From: Desulfobacterales bacterium
GTDB taxonomy: Bacteria; Desulfobacterota; Desulfobacteria; Desulfobacterales; UBA5852
Assembly (NCBI GenBank): GCA_963674755.2
Contig: CAXXVS010000003.1
Location: forward strand, 1,152,001-1,216,000
Direction of reading: 5' to 3'
Length of the DNA: 64,000 bases
In this document: positions 28,993 through 38,769 of the stretch, one piece after another
Numbering within the stretch: the first letter of the stretch is position 1
Layout of the letters: each line of letters opens with the position of its first letter
Made by a program: the position numbers and the translations under genes
The notes under the pieces: generated by a model
Told to the model about the DNA's origin: nothing
Databases searched by the model: none
The model's input: the letters and a program-made list of their open reading frames with translations, nothing else

Positions 28993-30642
28993 TCAGGGAC
29001 GGCCTATTTCCCTTGGCAGCATCACAAAGAAGGTCGTGCCGGTCTCCGGATCGGATTCCAGCCGAACGGATCCGCCGAGTCGGTAAGCGGCTTTGCGAAC
29101 GATGGCCAGTCCGATGCCGGTGCCTTCATACTCCCGCTGGGTGTGCAGGCGCTGGAAAATCCTGAAGATTTGCTCCCTGTATTGGGACGCAATACCGATG
29201 CCGTTGTCGCGTACGAAGAGCTCGATGCAGTCCTCCGGCGCCGGCTGCCAGCCGATGGCGATCTGTTTGGGCGTGCGGCGGTTGAACTTGATGGCGTTGG
29301 AGATCAGGTTCTGCAGAATCTGTTTGAGCAGCGTACGGTCGGCGTGAAACGAAGGCCACGCGGGGTCCACAGCGAAGTCGACATCGGGTGGCGCGCCCAG
29401 CAACGCCTGGATCTCATCGACAAGGCCCGGCACGTCGGCGGTTTCATGTTCCAGAACCAAAGCGCCAATGCGGGACAGGTCGAGCAGATCGCCGATCAAC
29501 TGTTCGCCCTGGAGGACCGCCTTTTGCATGCCCTCCAGATATTTTTTCTGGATCCCGGACAAGCTATCGGCCAGATCTTCGTAAAGGAAATCGGCGTAGT
29601 TGCGGATGGCCCGCAGGGGATCCTTCAGATCGTGGGAGACGGCGTAGGCGTATTGGGAGAGTTCTTCATTGATCCGCTCGGTTTCGGACAGTTGCCGAGC
29701 CATCTGAAGGTGGGCCAGGTGGACCCTCTCCTCGCTTTGCTTGCGGTGGGTGATGTCGAAGTTGATCCCGGCGATGTGCCGCGGCCGGCCTTCGGCGTCC
29801 CGGAAGATCAACCCCCGCGCCGCCAGCCAGCGGGTTTCCCCGTCGGCCCGCACCACCCGGAATTCATCCCGGACATCGTCGCCGTCCCTCGTCAGGTAGG
29901 TTCGGATGCTTTCGAGGAGGCCGGTGCGGTCCTCGGGGTGGATGAATTCGAAGAAGTAGTCTTCATTTTCCGGCCCCGCTCGGGGTTTGAGGCGCAGCAA
30001 TCGGTAGAGGCCCGCGTCCCACTTGGTCGTTCGATTGTCGAGATCGTAGATCCAGGTGCCCAGTTTGGCCGCCCGGGCGGCCATCTGGAGCTGGGAGTGC
30101 ACATGCTTCAGCTCGGCTTCCCGGCGGCGCAGAGGGGATATATCGAAAAAGGCAAGATGCCAATAGCGGAACTGCCCCTCCGCGTCGAAACGGGGCGCCA
30201 CTTGGATGTGGGTCTGGATCGATCGGTTGGACCGGCCCCGCAGGGCCAGTTCAAAGGAATGGGCCTGCCCTGTGGCGGCCACCCTGCGCATGGCGCGAAA
30301 AAAACGCCCCTGGTCCTTCTTTTCCACGAAAGGGGAAAACGCCTGCCCGATGGGCGGGACTTCAGGTTCGCCCAGGAGGCGCCGGGCGGCGGCATTGGCC
30401 CGTTGGATCAGGCTGTTGGCGTCCAGCGACACGAAAGCCACCGGCGTGGTTTCATAAAGATCGACATACGCATGCCGGGCCGACGCCAGATCGCGGCGGA
30501 GCCTGTGCAGCTTCTGGTCCTGGGAGGCCAGCGCGTTTTGGGCCTGTTCGAGTTCGCGGGCTAGGTGTCCAGGATCGCGGCGTTCTTCTGCGGTCAGGGC
30601 AATCCGCTCCCGGCGGTGTCGATATGATGGATCGTTAGCCAT
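28993..30642 (-). CDS. PAS-PAS histidine kinase
   Basis: SHDLKDPL, NLISNAIKF, DNGIGI, GTGIGL. Confidence 0.92.
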   Translation of the reverse strand: MANDPSYRHRRERIALTAEERRDPGHLARELEQAQNALASQDQKLHRLRRDLASARHAYVDLYETTPVAFVSLDANSLIQRANAAARRLLGEPEVPPIGQAFSPFVEKKDQGRFFRAMRRVAATGQAHSFELALRGRSNRSIQTHIQVAPRFDAEGQFRYWHLAFFDISPLRRREAELKHVHSQLQMAARAAKLGTWIYDLDNRTTKWDAGLYRLLRLKPRAGPENEDYFFEFIHPEDRTGLLESIRTYLTRDGDDVRDEFRVVRADGETRWLAARGLIFRDAEGRPRHIAGINFDITHRKQSEERVHLAHLQMARQLSETERINEELSQYAYAVSHDLKDPLRAIRNYADFLYEDLADSLSGIQKKYLEGMQKAVLQGEQLIGDLLDLSRIGALVLEHETADVPGLVDEIQALLGAPPDVDFAVDPAWPSFHADRTLLKQILQNLISNAIKFNRRTPKQIAIGWQPAPEDCIELFVRDNGIGIASQYREQIFRIFQRLHTQREYEGTGIGLAIVRKAAYRLGGSVRLESDPETGTTFFVMLPREIGRP

Positions 30643-30925
30643 AGTGTTGGATTGCGGTGAAAGCGTTTTCACCGCTCTGTAAGTTGTTAGGGACCAAGCA
30701 TTGCGACCATGATCGGAGGGCCTGCAGATTTTCTGATCAGACGCATCACGGCGGCGGTGGCAGGGGATCGTCCCTCTGATTCGGCGCTGTTTGCGGACGG
30801 AGATGGATTGCAGTGTACGCCACCCGGCCGCCGGAAGCAATAACTTGTAGGGGGTGATACAAGGAAAAGGCGGGAAACGGGAGGGCGGAACCCTTTGGCA
30901 GAGGGACCGGAAACGGCCGTCGATT

Positions 30926-31588
30926 TCAGCTTTTGCGCTCCACCAATCCCTTTTCGATGGCCAGGACGGTCAATTGGGCCACATTGTGCAGGTCGAGTTT
31001 GGCCATGATGTTGGAACGGTGCTTCTCGACGGTCTTGACGCTGATGCAGAGCATATCCGCAATTTCACTGTTGGTGTAGCCTTCGGCCAGCAGCTTCAGG
31101 ATTTCCTTTTCGCGCTGGGTGACGCTCTCCCAGGTGGTTTCCGATTGCTGCCGGGCGCGTTTGGTCAGAAACCCCTCCAGCACATGCCGGGCGATCAGCG
31201 GGCTGAGATAGATCTTGCCGGCCAGGACGCTGTCGATGGCCACCAGCAACTCCTCGCGGCTGTCGTTTTTGCTGCAATAGCCGTCCGCGCCGGCTTCGAA
31301 CGTTTCCAACACGTAGGTTTCGGATTGATGGATGGTCAGGACCAGGGTCTTGATGCCGGGCTGGTAAGTCTTGGCATCCAGCAGGACGGAAAGGCCGTTC
31401 ATGCGGGGCATGGAAAGGTCCAGGAGCATCAGGTCCGGTTTCAGGCGTTTGACCATGCGCAGGGCCTCAAGGCCGTCCACGGCTTCGCCCACGATGTCGA
31501 GCGCTTCCCGGTCGGCCAAGATGGCTTTAAGTCCCTCCCGCAGCATTTGATGGTCTTCAGCGATCAATACGCGTTTCCTGGCTGGCAT
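30926..31588 (-). CDS. NarL/LuxR-family DNA-binding response regulator
   Basis: IAEDH, LDLSMP, TQREKEIL...ISVKTVEKHRSNIMAKL. Confidence 0.95.
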   Translation of the reverse strand: MPARKRVLIAEDHQMLREGLKAILADREALDIVGEAVDGLEALRMVKRLKPDLMLLDLSMPRMNGLSVLLDAKTYQPGIKTLVLTIHQSETYVLETFEAGADGYCSKNDSREELLVAIDSVLAGKIYLSPLIARHVLEGFLTKRARQQSETTWESVTQREKEILKLLAEGYTNSEIADMLCISVKTVEKHRSNIMAKLDLHNVAQLTVLAIEKGLVERKS

Positions 31589-31677
31589 GGAGACTCTCCT
31601 TCGTGTGGGGGCGTGACCGCAACACAACGCATGGCATCCATCAATACCCCCCCTAACTGTCCGTCAATCTATACGGC

Positions 31678-31697
31678 AATACGGTCGAAGCCGTATT
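31678..31697. promoter_or_regulatory. Palindromic operator upstream of the NarL-like regulator
   Basis: AATACGG-tcgaag-CCGTATT, perfect 7-bp arms. Confidence 0.6.
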
Positions 31698-32097
31698 TTG
31701 GGCCGGGGGAGGATGTAGCGGGGGACGCCGTCAGTGGTGAAAAGTCCGATCAATCGCCAAACCGTCTATCGTGTTCATTGTAGTCGTCGTGGTCGTAATC
31801 GTGTTTTGAAATTCATTGAAACCATCGGGTACGATGACGACAACGACAAGGATGGCTTCTGTGGTTGCGGTTTCCAATTGGCGATGACAAACGACCAGGG
31901 ATGGGCATTATTGCCGGCGGAACTTATAGGGTGTGCTGACGCAGAAAGCGCACCGCCCGGAGTGGAGACTATCGTCGATGATGCGCTTCCTTCGTCAGCA
32001 CATCCGAGGGGTTGTCGTGAGGGCGCTTCGAGTTATGCAGCATGACCCATTGCGATTCAATGCTCGGTTAGGTTTTGCTAATGCCCGATAACCGCCG

Positions 32098-32275
32098 TTA
32101 CGGTTTATAATACCGCCTGGCTTCCGGCAGGTTCGCACGGATGCGCTGCATGCGGGTCTGGTAGGCGGGGTGGGTACTTAAAAATTCGGGCGGCTGACCG
32201 CCTTCGGACTGCGACGCCATGCGCTGCCGGAAATCCAGCGCGCGTGGGGACTAAAAGCAATCTGTTTCGCATCAT
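32098..32275 (-). pseudogene. Internally deleted M48 metallopeptidase remnant
   Basis: Start MMRNRLLLV joined out of frame to ALDFRQRMASQSEGGQPPEFLSTHPAYQTRMQRIRANLPEARRYYKP*. Confidence 0.75.
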
Positions 32276-32422
32276 GGTTGGTTCCTTGGTCTGTCGTTTG
32301 GGCCCCCAGTAAGCTAACGTGCTTTTACGTACGGGGCCGGCCGACAGCAGGCACAATGTCATCATCCCCAGGTCTGGCCGGGAAAACAGGCGCTATCACC
32401 CCGTCTTAAACAATGATCACTT

Positions 32423-33280
32423 TCAAGGATGCGATTCACGGATCGAGGCGTTGCGGTCCGGTCTGACCTGGGCGTGGTTGATGGCGGCCACGAAGGCCAC
32501 GCCGCCGACGATATTGCCCAGCAGAGTGGGGATCAGGAAGCGCAGCAGAAAATCCGCGATGGAAGCAGCCCCGGCCAGGAGGGTGTAGAAGGCGTTGACC
32601 GAACCGGCGATGATGTGCGAGAACCCGCCCAACCCCACCACATAAGTGATGATAATGATGATGGCCACCCGCCCGGTTTCGGCGAAGGGCAGCAGCCAGA
32701 CCATCATCGCGATCAGCCACCCGGCAAAAAGCCCGCTGATCAACGTGGCGAAAAAGCCCGAGGCATGGACCTTCATGCCGATGGTGGTCAGTTCGGCGCC
32801 CAGGCTCCCGTCGAAGTACACCAGCGCATGCAGCAGCAGGGCGAATACGAGTGCCCCGCCCAGGTTGGCGCAGAACACCGTGGTCCACAGGCGGAGGACA
32901 TGCTTCAGGGTCCGTCGGTTTTTGCGGTGCAGCAGTTGCAGGATCGGCGTGAGGGTGTTTTCGGTGAAGAGCTGCTGGCGGCCCAGGACGACCATGATGA
33001 AGCCGATGCAGTAACCTAATTTCGACACCAGGGGTGCCCAGGCGGCCTGGGGGAGATGCTGCGCCAGCAGGGCCTCCATCAGAAAGGAAAAGCCCATGGA
33101 GAGGCCGGCGGCCAGGCCCGACCAGACCAGGGCCGCCGTGTTGCGGGCGAGCTCTTCTTCGCCCTCCTGACGGATGGCTTCGTAGACCACGGCGGCCTTG
33201 GGCGCCGAACGCCGCCGGGCATCCTTCTGTTCGTGCTTGTCGAGCCAGTCCAGGCCTTTGTTGTTCTTCTCTTCGGTCAT
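32423..33280 (-). CDS. Formate/nitrite transporter family protein (YfdC-like)
   Basis: EGEEEL.R, SGLAAGLSMGFS, QLFTENTL, HIIAGS, GNIVGG. Confidence 0.9.
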   Translation of the reverse strand: MTEEKNNKGLDWLDKHEQKDARRRSAPKAAVVYEAIRQEGEEELARNTAALVWSGLAAGLSMGFSFLMEALLAQHLPQAAWAPLVSKLGYCIGFIMVVLGRQQLFTENTLTPILQLLHRKNRRTLKHVLRLWTTVFCANLGGALVFALLLHALVYFDGSLGAELTTIGMKVHASGFFATLISGLFAGWLIAMMVWLLPFAETGRVAIIIIITYVVGLGGFSHIIAGSVNAFYTLLAGAASIADFLLRFLIPTLLGNIVGGVAFVAAINHAQVRPDRNASIRESHP

Positions 33281-33382
33281 GGCAAAAGGGTTTCCATTTT
33301 GGTCCTTGGCCACTGGCCATTGACTGAAGTTAATGATCACTGACCAACGACAGGTGTTCCCACTGACCCATGACGGCTTTTC

Positions 33383-33925
33383 CTACCCCCCGACCGCAGC
33401 CGATGTCGGCACGCCGACCACAGCGAAGATCAGGGCCATGATGAGCAGTTGGACCAGCCAGCCGATCAGGCAGACCACGACGGCCCGCAGGGTACTGTTA
33501 TAATCGAGGGCCTGGCGCACCGCGATGATCGTGGCCAGCAGCATCCAGATGCCGGCCGCCAGAAAGACGACGTTCATGAGGCCCGGCACGATGCCGATGA
33601 TGCGGGCGATGCCCGGAGCGCTGGCAAAGCCGATGGTGCGCAGCAGTTCGCCGTAGTCGGCCTTGGTCTGGGGTTCGGGCAATAGCCGCGTGCCGATGAA
33701 ATAGATGATGGCGGCCCAGGCCGCCCAGCCCAGCAGGGCCGAGAGGGTTCCCATCAGCAGCCCGCCCGCGCCGATGCGCTGCATGCTGCCGATGCCCGCC
33801 GCCAGGCTGGACAGGATGACGACCCCCATGGCCTGGCCCATGGCGCTGCGGTCGGCCTCCACTTCCTCGTAGAGGGCGGGATTCAGTCGGACCGCGCGTA
33901 CGATGCGGTTGAAGAAGATATTCAT
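33383..33925 (-). CDS. YIP1-family membrane protein
   Basis: YEEVEAD, LRTIGFASAPG, IAVRQALD. Confidence 0.8.
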   Translation of the reverse strand: MNIFFNRIVRAVRLNPALYEEVEADRSAMGQAMGVVILSSLAAGIGSMQRIGAGGLLMGTLSALLGWAAWAAIIYFIGTRLLPEPQTKADYGELLRTIGFASAPGIARIIGIVPGLMNVVFLAAGIWMLLATIIAVRQALDYNSTLRAVVVCLIGWLVQLLIMALIFAVVGVPTSAAVGG

Positions 33926-33938
33926 GGGCCCTCCTCTC

Positions 33939-34157
33939 TCAATGGGTATGGTCGTGGGGGGTGTCATCCCCGGGTTGGTGCGGATTCTGATGGGGATGCG
34001 GGTGGTCGTGGACCGTGTCCCCGTGACGATGTTCATGGCTGTGGATGATGATCTGGCCGGTGGCATTGCACTTGGTGCAGTTGCCGGCGGCGATTTTGCC
34101 GGTTCCCCGGCATTCGATGCATTCTTCCACGCGATGGGTGATCTTTGCGGTTGTCAT
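33939..34157 (-). CDS. Small protein with DnaJ-type Zn-finger motifs and a His-rich tail
   Basis: RBS gaggagg; CIECRGTG, CTKCNATG, HSHEHRH...HDHPHPH...HDHTH. Confidence 0.8.
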   Translation of the reverse strand: MTTAKITHRVEECIECRGTGKIAAGNCTKCNATGQIIIHSHEHRHGDTVHDHPHPHQNPHQPGDDTPHDHTH

Positions 34158-34354
34158 CGCGGCCTCCTCGATGTCGAATCGTTGTCTCGTTTCCAAATGT
34201 TTTTTCGATCGCCGGGTTGCGGCCGGGCGCGTAATGCTAAAAGTTAATCTCAGGAAAGGCCCTTGGCCATAGGCTATGGCCTCTATTCCCTGCCGGCGAA
34301 GACTCTATTTGGCCTGCCGGGCCGATGATCCGTTCCACGAAGGGATGGCATAAA

Positions 34355-35257
34355 ATGAATATCTTCATAACGGGTGGCACAGGGTTTGTGGGTCGGCGTC
34401 TGTCGAAGGCTCTCCTGGAAGCCGGTCATCATGTGACGGCGGTTGGCCGCACCCCGGACCCGCAAGGCATCGATCATCCCGCCTTCCGCTACATCGCGGC
34501 GGACACGACCCTGGCCGGCGGCTGGCAGGCGGAAGTGTCCGACCACGAGGCGGTGGTCAATCTGGCCGGCAAATCCATCTTCACCCCCTGGACCAACAAG
34601 GCCAAAAAGGAGATTTACGACAGCCGCATTCTCACCACCCGCAACCTGGTGGTCGCCCTGCCGGAAGGCCGGGAGACGATCCTGTGCAGTACCTCCGCCG
34701 TGGGCTACTACGGTGACCGGGGTGAGGACATCCTGACCGAAGACCAGCCGTCGGGCGACAACTTTTTGGCCGAAGTGGGGCGGGATTGGGAGGCCGAAGC
34801 CCTGGCGGCCGGGAAGAAAGGGGCCCGGGTGGTGCTGCCGCGCTTCGGCATCGTGCTCGACCGTGACGGGGGCGCCATGGCGAAAATGATCCCGGCCTTC
34901 CGCATGTTCGTGGGGGGGCCTTTGGGCAGCGGCCGGCAGTGGTTTCCCTGGATCCATTTGAACGACCTGGTGGCGGCCCTGCGTTTCCTGATCGAGACGC
35001 CAGGGTTGCACGGACCTTTCAACTGCACCGCGCCGGCGCCGGTGCGCAATGCGGAGCTGGCCAAGACCCTGGGCCGCAAGCTGCATCGCCCGGCCTGCAT
35101 GCCGGCTCCGGCTTTCCTGATCAAACTCGTGCTGGGGGAATTCGGCGAGGTGCTGCTCGACAGTCAGCGGGCGGTGCCCGAAAAGCTCACCGCGGCCGGC
35201 TTTACCTTTCAATATCCCGACCTCGACACCGCACTATGGGAAATCGTCGACCGTTAA
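34355..35257 (+). CDS. TIGR01777/YfcH-family NAD-dependent epimerase-like protein
   Basis: ITGGTGFVG, VVNLAG, SAVGYYG, GSGRQWFPWIH. Confidence 0.92.
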   Translation: MNIFITGGTGFVGRRLSKALLEAGHHVTAVGRTPDPQGIDHPAFRYIAADTTLAGGWQAEVSDHEAVVNLAGKSIFTPWTNKAKKEIYDSRILTTRNLVVALPEGRETILCSTSAVGYYGDRGEDILTEDQPSGDNFLAEVGRDWEAEALAAGKKGARVVLPRFGIVLDRDGGAMAKMIPAFRMFVGGPLGSGRQWFPWIHLNDLVAALRFLIETPGLHGPFNCTAPAPVRNAELAKTLGRKLHRPACMPAPAFLIKLVLGEFGEVLLDSQRAVPEKLTAAGFTFQYPDLDTALWEIVDR

Positions 35258-35705
35258 AGGACGTATGCGCTTCCAGGCGGCGGAGTGGCGGTTATCCCTG
35301 AGCAATCAACCATCAAATGGGGATATCCGTACGCGCAGGTTAAGGGGCGACGATCCCTACAAATACGGGCTGGACCCCATGGCCCCTTCCGGTGGCTCGC
35401 GGTAAGAAATCATTCTAATCGGTCGACGGATGCATGCGCCGGTGAACGCGGCGATTCTTTTAAGATCTTATTTCCCCTTTCCAACAGAGAAGACCGTTTT
35501 GACACGGTCCCATCACGACTCCGCCTTGACACACGGTTTTTGCCGGCTGTTCCGGCTTAATGGTCTGTGGCGCTGAAGAACGGCGGCCGGCGAGACGCGC
35601 TGATACCGTTCGCGTATGGAACATGGCGGGGCGTTCGCTATCCAACCCCATCAACCGCTCCGGGAGGTGTGCCGCCTCTGGCGTTGCGGGAGGAAAGGAC
35701 GGCCT

Positions 35706-36467
35706 ATGAATGCGATTTACGAGGTGCTCGCCCGTATCGGTTATACCCATCCCCTGCACCCGCCCATGACCACCCTCCCGCTGGGGATGGTGGTCGGGGC
35801 GCTCATCTTCTCCCTGATCGCGCTTCTCCCGCGCTTCGGGAAATTCTCGGTCACGGCGCGCCATTGCTTCACCCTGGGCTTTATCGCGGTTTTCCCCACC
35901 GTCCTGCTGGGCTACATGGACTGGCAGCATTACTACGGCGGCCACCTGATCTTCCCCATCATGATGAAGATGATCCTGGCCGGCCTCCTGACGGCGCTCA
36001 TGGCGCTGGCCGTCTTCGTGTTGTATCGCAAGCTGCCGCGTCAGGACATGCGCATTTTTGCCGTTCAGGGGCTGAGTTTTGTCGCTGCCGTGGGGATCGG
36101 CTATTTCGGCGGGGATCTGGTCTTCGACGGTCAGGGCCCGGCCCAGGCGGCCGAAACGTCATCCCCGGCCGCTGCCACCGCATCCCACCTGACTTTTGCC
36201 GACGTCGCGCCGATCTTCAATCGCTCCTGCACGACCTGTCATTCCGGCAAAGATGCGCCCATGAAGCTGCACCTGGACACCTATGACGCGGTCATGGCCG
36301 GCAGCAAGTACGGTCCGGTCATCGTTCCGGGCAAGCCCGACGAGAGCGAACTGGTCAAACGTATCCGGGGCGAATCCACGCCGCGCATGCCCTATCACAA
36401 GCCGCCCCTGCCGCCGGATGAGATCCAGCGCATCGCGGACTGGGTCAAGCAGGGCGCCAAGAAGTAA
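35706..36467 (+). CDS. DUF2231-like membrane domain fused to a monoheme c-type cytochrome
   Basis: HPLHPP plus 4 TM; CTTCH, GKPDESEL..RI, RMP, WVKQGA. Confidence 0.8.
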   Translation: MNAIYEVLARIGYTHPLHPPMTTLPLGMVVGALIFSLIALLPRFGKFSVTARHCFTLGFIAVFPTVLLGYMDWQHYYGGHLIFPIMMKMILAGLLTALMALAVFVLYRKLPRQDMRIFAVQGLSFVAAVGIGYFGGDLVFDGQGPAQAAETSSPAAATASHLTFADVAPIFNRSCTTCHSGKDAPMKLHLDTYDAVMAGSKYGPVIVPGKPDESELVKRIRGESTPRMPYHKPPLPPDEIQRIADWVKQGAKK

Positions 36468-36653
36468 TTGCCGCGGGCGCTTGTTGTCATCGAAGGGTTT
36501 TCCTAAACCCTGAAAAGACGCTTGCGACGCCCACGAGAAGGCCACCCCCCGGCCGTCATTCTCCGACTCGGCCGGAGCGGATGCCCGCCGCCGGTGATGT
36601 GCTTCCTTCGTCAGCGCATCCTATGGTCTACCGTTTATGGAGGGGCCCTGAGG

Positions 36654-36814
36654 TCAGGGGAGCGCGCGCACCACCCCGCCGTCCACCCGCTTTCCGTGCG
36701 CCCATTCATAATGACCCGGGTTCCCTCGGCGGGCATCCCCAGGGCGATGGCATAGCCGATGCCGGCCGTGGCGCCGGTAACCAGAGCGGTTTTGCCCGCA
36801 AGTTCCAAATCCAT
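36654..36814 (-). pseudogene. Internally deleted SDR oxidoreductase
   Basis: MDLELAGKTALVTGATAGIG...NGRTE joined (1-nt shift) to RVDGGVVRALP*. Confidence 0.8.
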
Positions 36815-36856
36815 GACTAGCTTTCCCTTATTTCTGCGCCGCCAGATGCCGCTCCG

Positions 36857-37819
36857 TCAGGCGGAGACGTCCGGTGCGCTGGCTTGATTCAACCTGTCGA
36901 GCGCTTCCGCTTCCAGCGCCACCGTGGTCGCTTCAATCAGGGTCCGGAGCTGCTCCAGGCTGGTGGCGCTGGCAATGGGGGCGGTGACCGCGGGCTGGGC
37001 CAGCAGCCAGGCCAGGGCGATGGCGGCCGGCGGGAGGCCCTGCTCCCGGGCCACCCCGTCCAGGGCGGCCAGGATGCGCTGGCCCCGTGCGTCCAGGTAT
37101 TTCTCGACCATGGCTGCCCGCGGCCGGCCGGCCAGATCCTCCGCCGAGCGGTACTTGCCGGTCAGGAAGCCGCTGGCCAGGGAGAAATAGGGAATTACCC
37201 CCAATTCCTGCTTGCGGCACAACGGTTCCAGTTCGGCTTCGAAATCGGCGCGGTCATAGAGATTGTAGAGGGGTTGCAGGCTCTGGTAGCGCGGCAGTCC
37301 CAGGCGGACGCTTGCAGCCCGGGCCTGGGCGAGTTGTTTGGCGTCGTGATTGGACGCGCCCAGGCAGCGCACCTTGCCTTCATGGATCAGCCGGTCGAAG
37401 GTCTCCAGGGTTTCCTCGACGGGCGTATCCGGGTCGAAGATATGGGATTGGTACACATCGATGGTGTCGGTCCGGAGACGCCGCAGGGAATCCTCGACCG
37501 CCTGCCGGATATAGGCCGCCGACAATCCTTTGCGCCCGGGTCCCATTTCCATCCCGACTTTGGTGGCGATGACGACCCGCGCGCGTTTGCCGCTGCGTTG
37601 CAGCCACTTGCCGATGATCGTCTCCGATTCGCCGCCCCGGTTGCCCGGTGCCCAGTGGGAGTAGACATCCGCCGTATCGATCAGGTTGAAGCCGGCCTCC
37701 ACAAAAGCGTCCAGGAGCCGGAAAGACATGGATTCGTCCACGGTCCAACCGAAGACGTTGCCGCCGAAAGCCAGAGGGGCGACTGCGATCCCGGAACGTC
37801 CCAGTTGGCGTGTTTGCAT
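36857..37819 (-). CDS. Aldo/keto reductase
   Basis: IDTADVY, IATK, SLRRLRTDTID, GASN, YFSLASGFLTGKY. Confidence 0.93.
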   Translation of the reverse strand: MQTRQLGRSGIAVAPLAFGGNVFGWTVDESMSFRLLDAFVEAGFNLIDTADVYSHWAPGNRGGESETIIGKWLQRSGKRARVVIATKVGMEMGPGRKGLSAAYIRQAVEDSLRRLRTDTIDVYQSHIFDPDTPVEETLETFDRLIHEGKVRCLGASNHDAKQLAQARAASVRLGLPRYQSLQPLYNLYDRADFEAELEPLCRKQELGVIPYFSLASGFLTGKYRSAEDLAGRPRAAMVEKYLDARGQRILAALDGVAREQGLPPAAIALAWLLAQPAVTAPIASATSLEQLRTLIEATTVALEAEALDRLNQASAPDVSA

Positions 37820-38175
37820 GGTGTCACCTCGCTTTGCTGCGGTAAAAAACGCATTCCTGCACGCCGGTCCCCTTCGATGAGGGCTTGCCGTCCCCATCGG
37901 TGCGGGCCGTGCGGTTTAAAGCCTAACCACCACCGGTGTCCAAGGCAATAGGACGCATCCTGTAGTCGCCACCTGCCGGGTCCTGGAGCGCCCCTAAAAT
38001 TTAAACGGTAGGTTTGCCGCCCTTTGGAGGGAAGGGGCGCCCCTGAAAGCCGCTATAGCGCCCGTCGTCGGTTTGTTGAACACCAATGGGTTACAGACCA
38101 GGCGTGAAATCCCGCACTGTGCGGCGGGATCCGAAACTAAAATCGACCATCTCCGGATGGGGACGACCTAAGGCC

Positions 38176-38538
38176 CTATCCGCTGATTTGGCGCTCGCGC
38201 CTTTCCATAGTGGTCTTGCACTCGATACAATGGCGGGCCACGGGACGGGCCTTGAGCCGCGCGACGCCGATAAATTCACCACAGGACTGGCAGACGCCGT
38301 AGCAGCCCTCCTCGATATCCTGCAAAGACTGGCGGATCTTGCGAATGAGCAAGTTTTCCCGGTTACGGATTCGCAGGGAGAAATTGCGGCTGCTTTCTTC
38401 CACGGCCTGGTCCATGGGGTCGGGCCGGCGCGTATTGAGGTCCTGCATGTCCGATACGGTGCGTCCGGCTTGCAGCAAAAGGTCGTTGAGCCATTCGTTG
38501 AGCTGCTTTTGGAACTGCTGGGTGTTTTTGGCGTTCAT
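38176..38538 (-). CDS. dksA: RNA polymerase-binding protein DksA
   Basis: DPMDQA (DxxDxA), CQSC...RLKARP...CIEC. Confidence 0.88.
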   Translation of the reverse strand: MNAKNTQQFQKQLNEWLNDLLLQAGRTVSDMQDLNTRRPDPMDQAVEESSRNFSLRIRNRENLLIRKIRQSLQDIEEGCYGVCQSCGEFIGVARLKARPVARHCIECKTTMERRERQISG

Positions 38539-38713
38539 GGGCAGGATCCTTTGTTCGAGGAAGAGGTTGGCAGGGGGATAAGAAGCACTACCACGCCAAA
38601 ACGACAATACCGGCGGGACCCCATTCAGGCCGGCCCGCAACGGTAGGTCGGCGGAGCGCAAACCGCCTTCCGACGCCAGGGAGCGGGGTGGACGTCTTGC
38701 CCGCGTCGTCAAT

Positions 38714-38757
38714 ACCGTCATGGAAGGAACCGCCATGGAAGGACCGCCATGAAAGGA
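38714..38757. repeat. Three tandem 14-15-bp repeats
   Basis: accgtcatggaagga / accgccatggaagg / accgccatgaaagg. Confidence 0.75.
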
Positions 38758-38769
38758 TAGGACTCGCTC

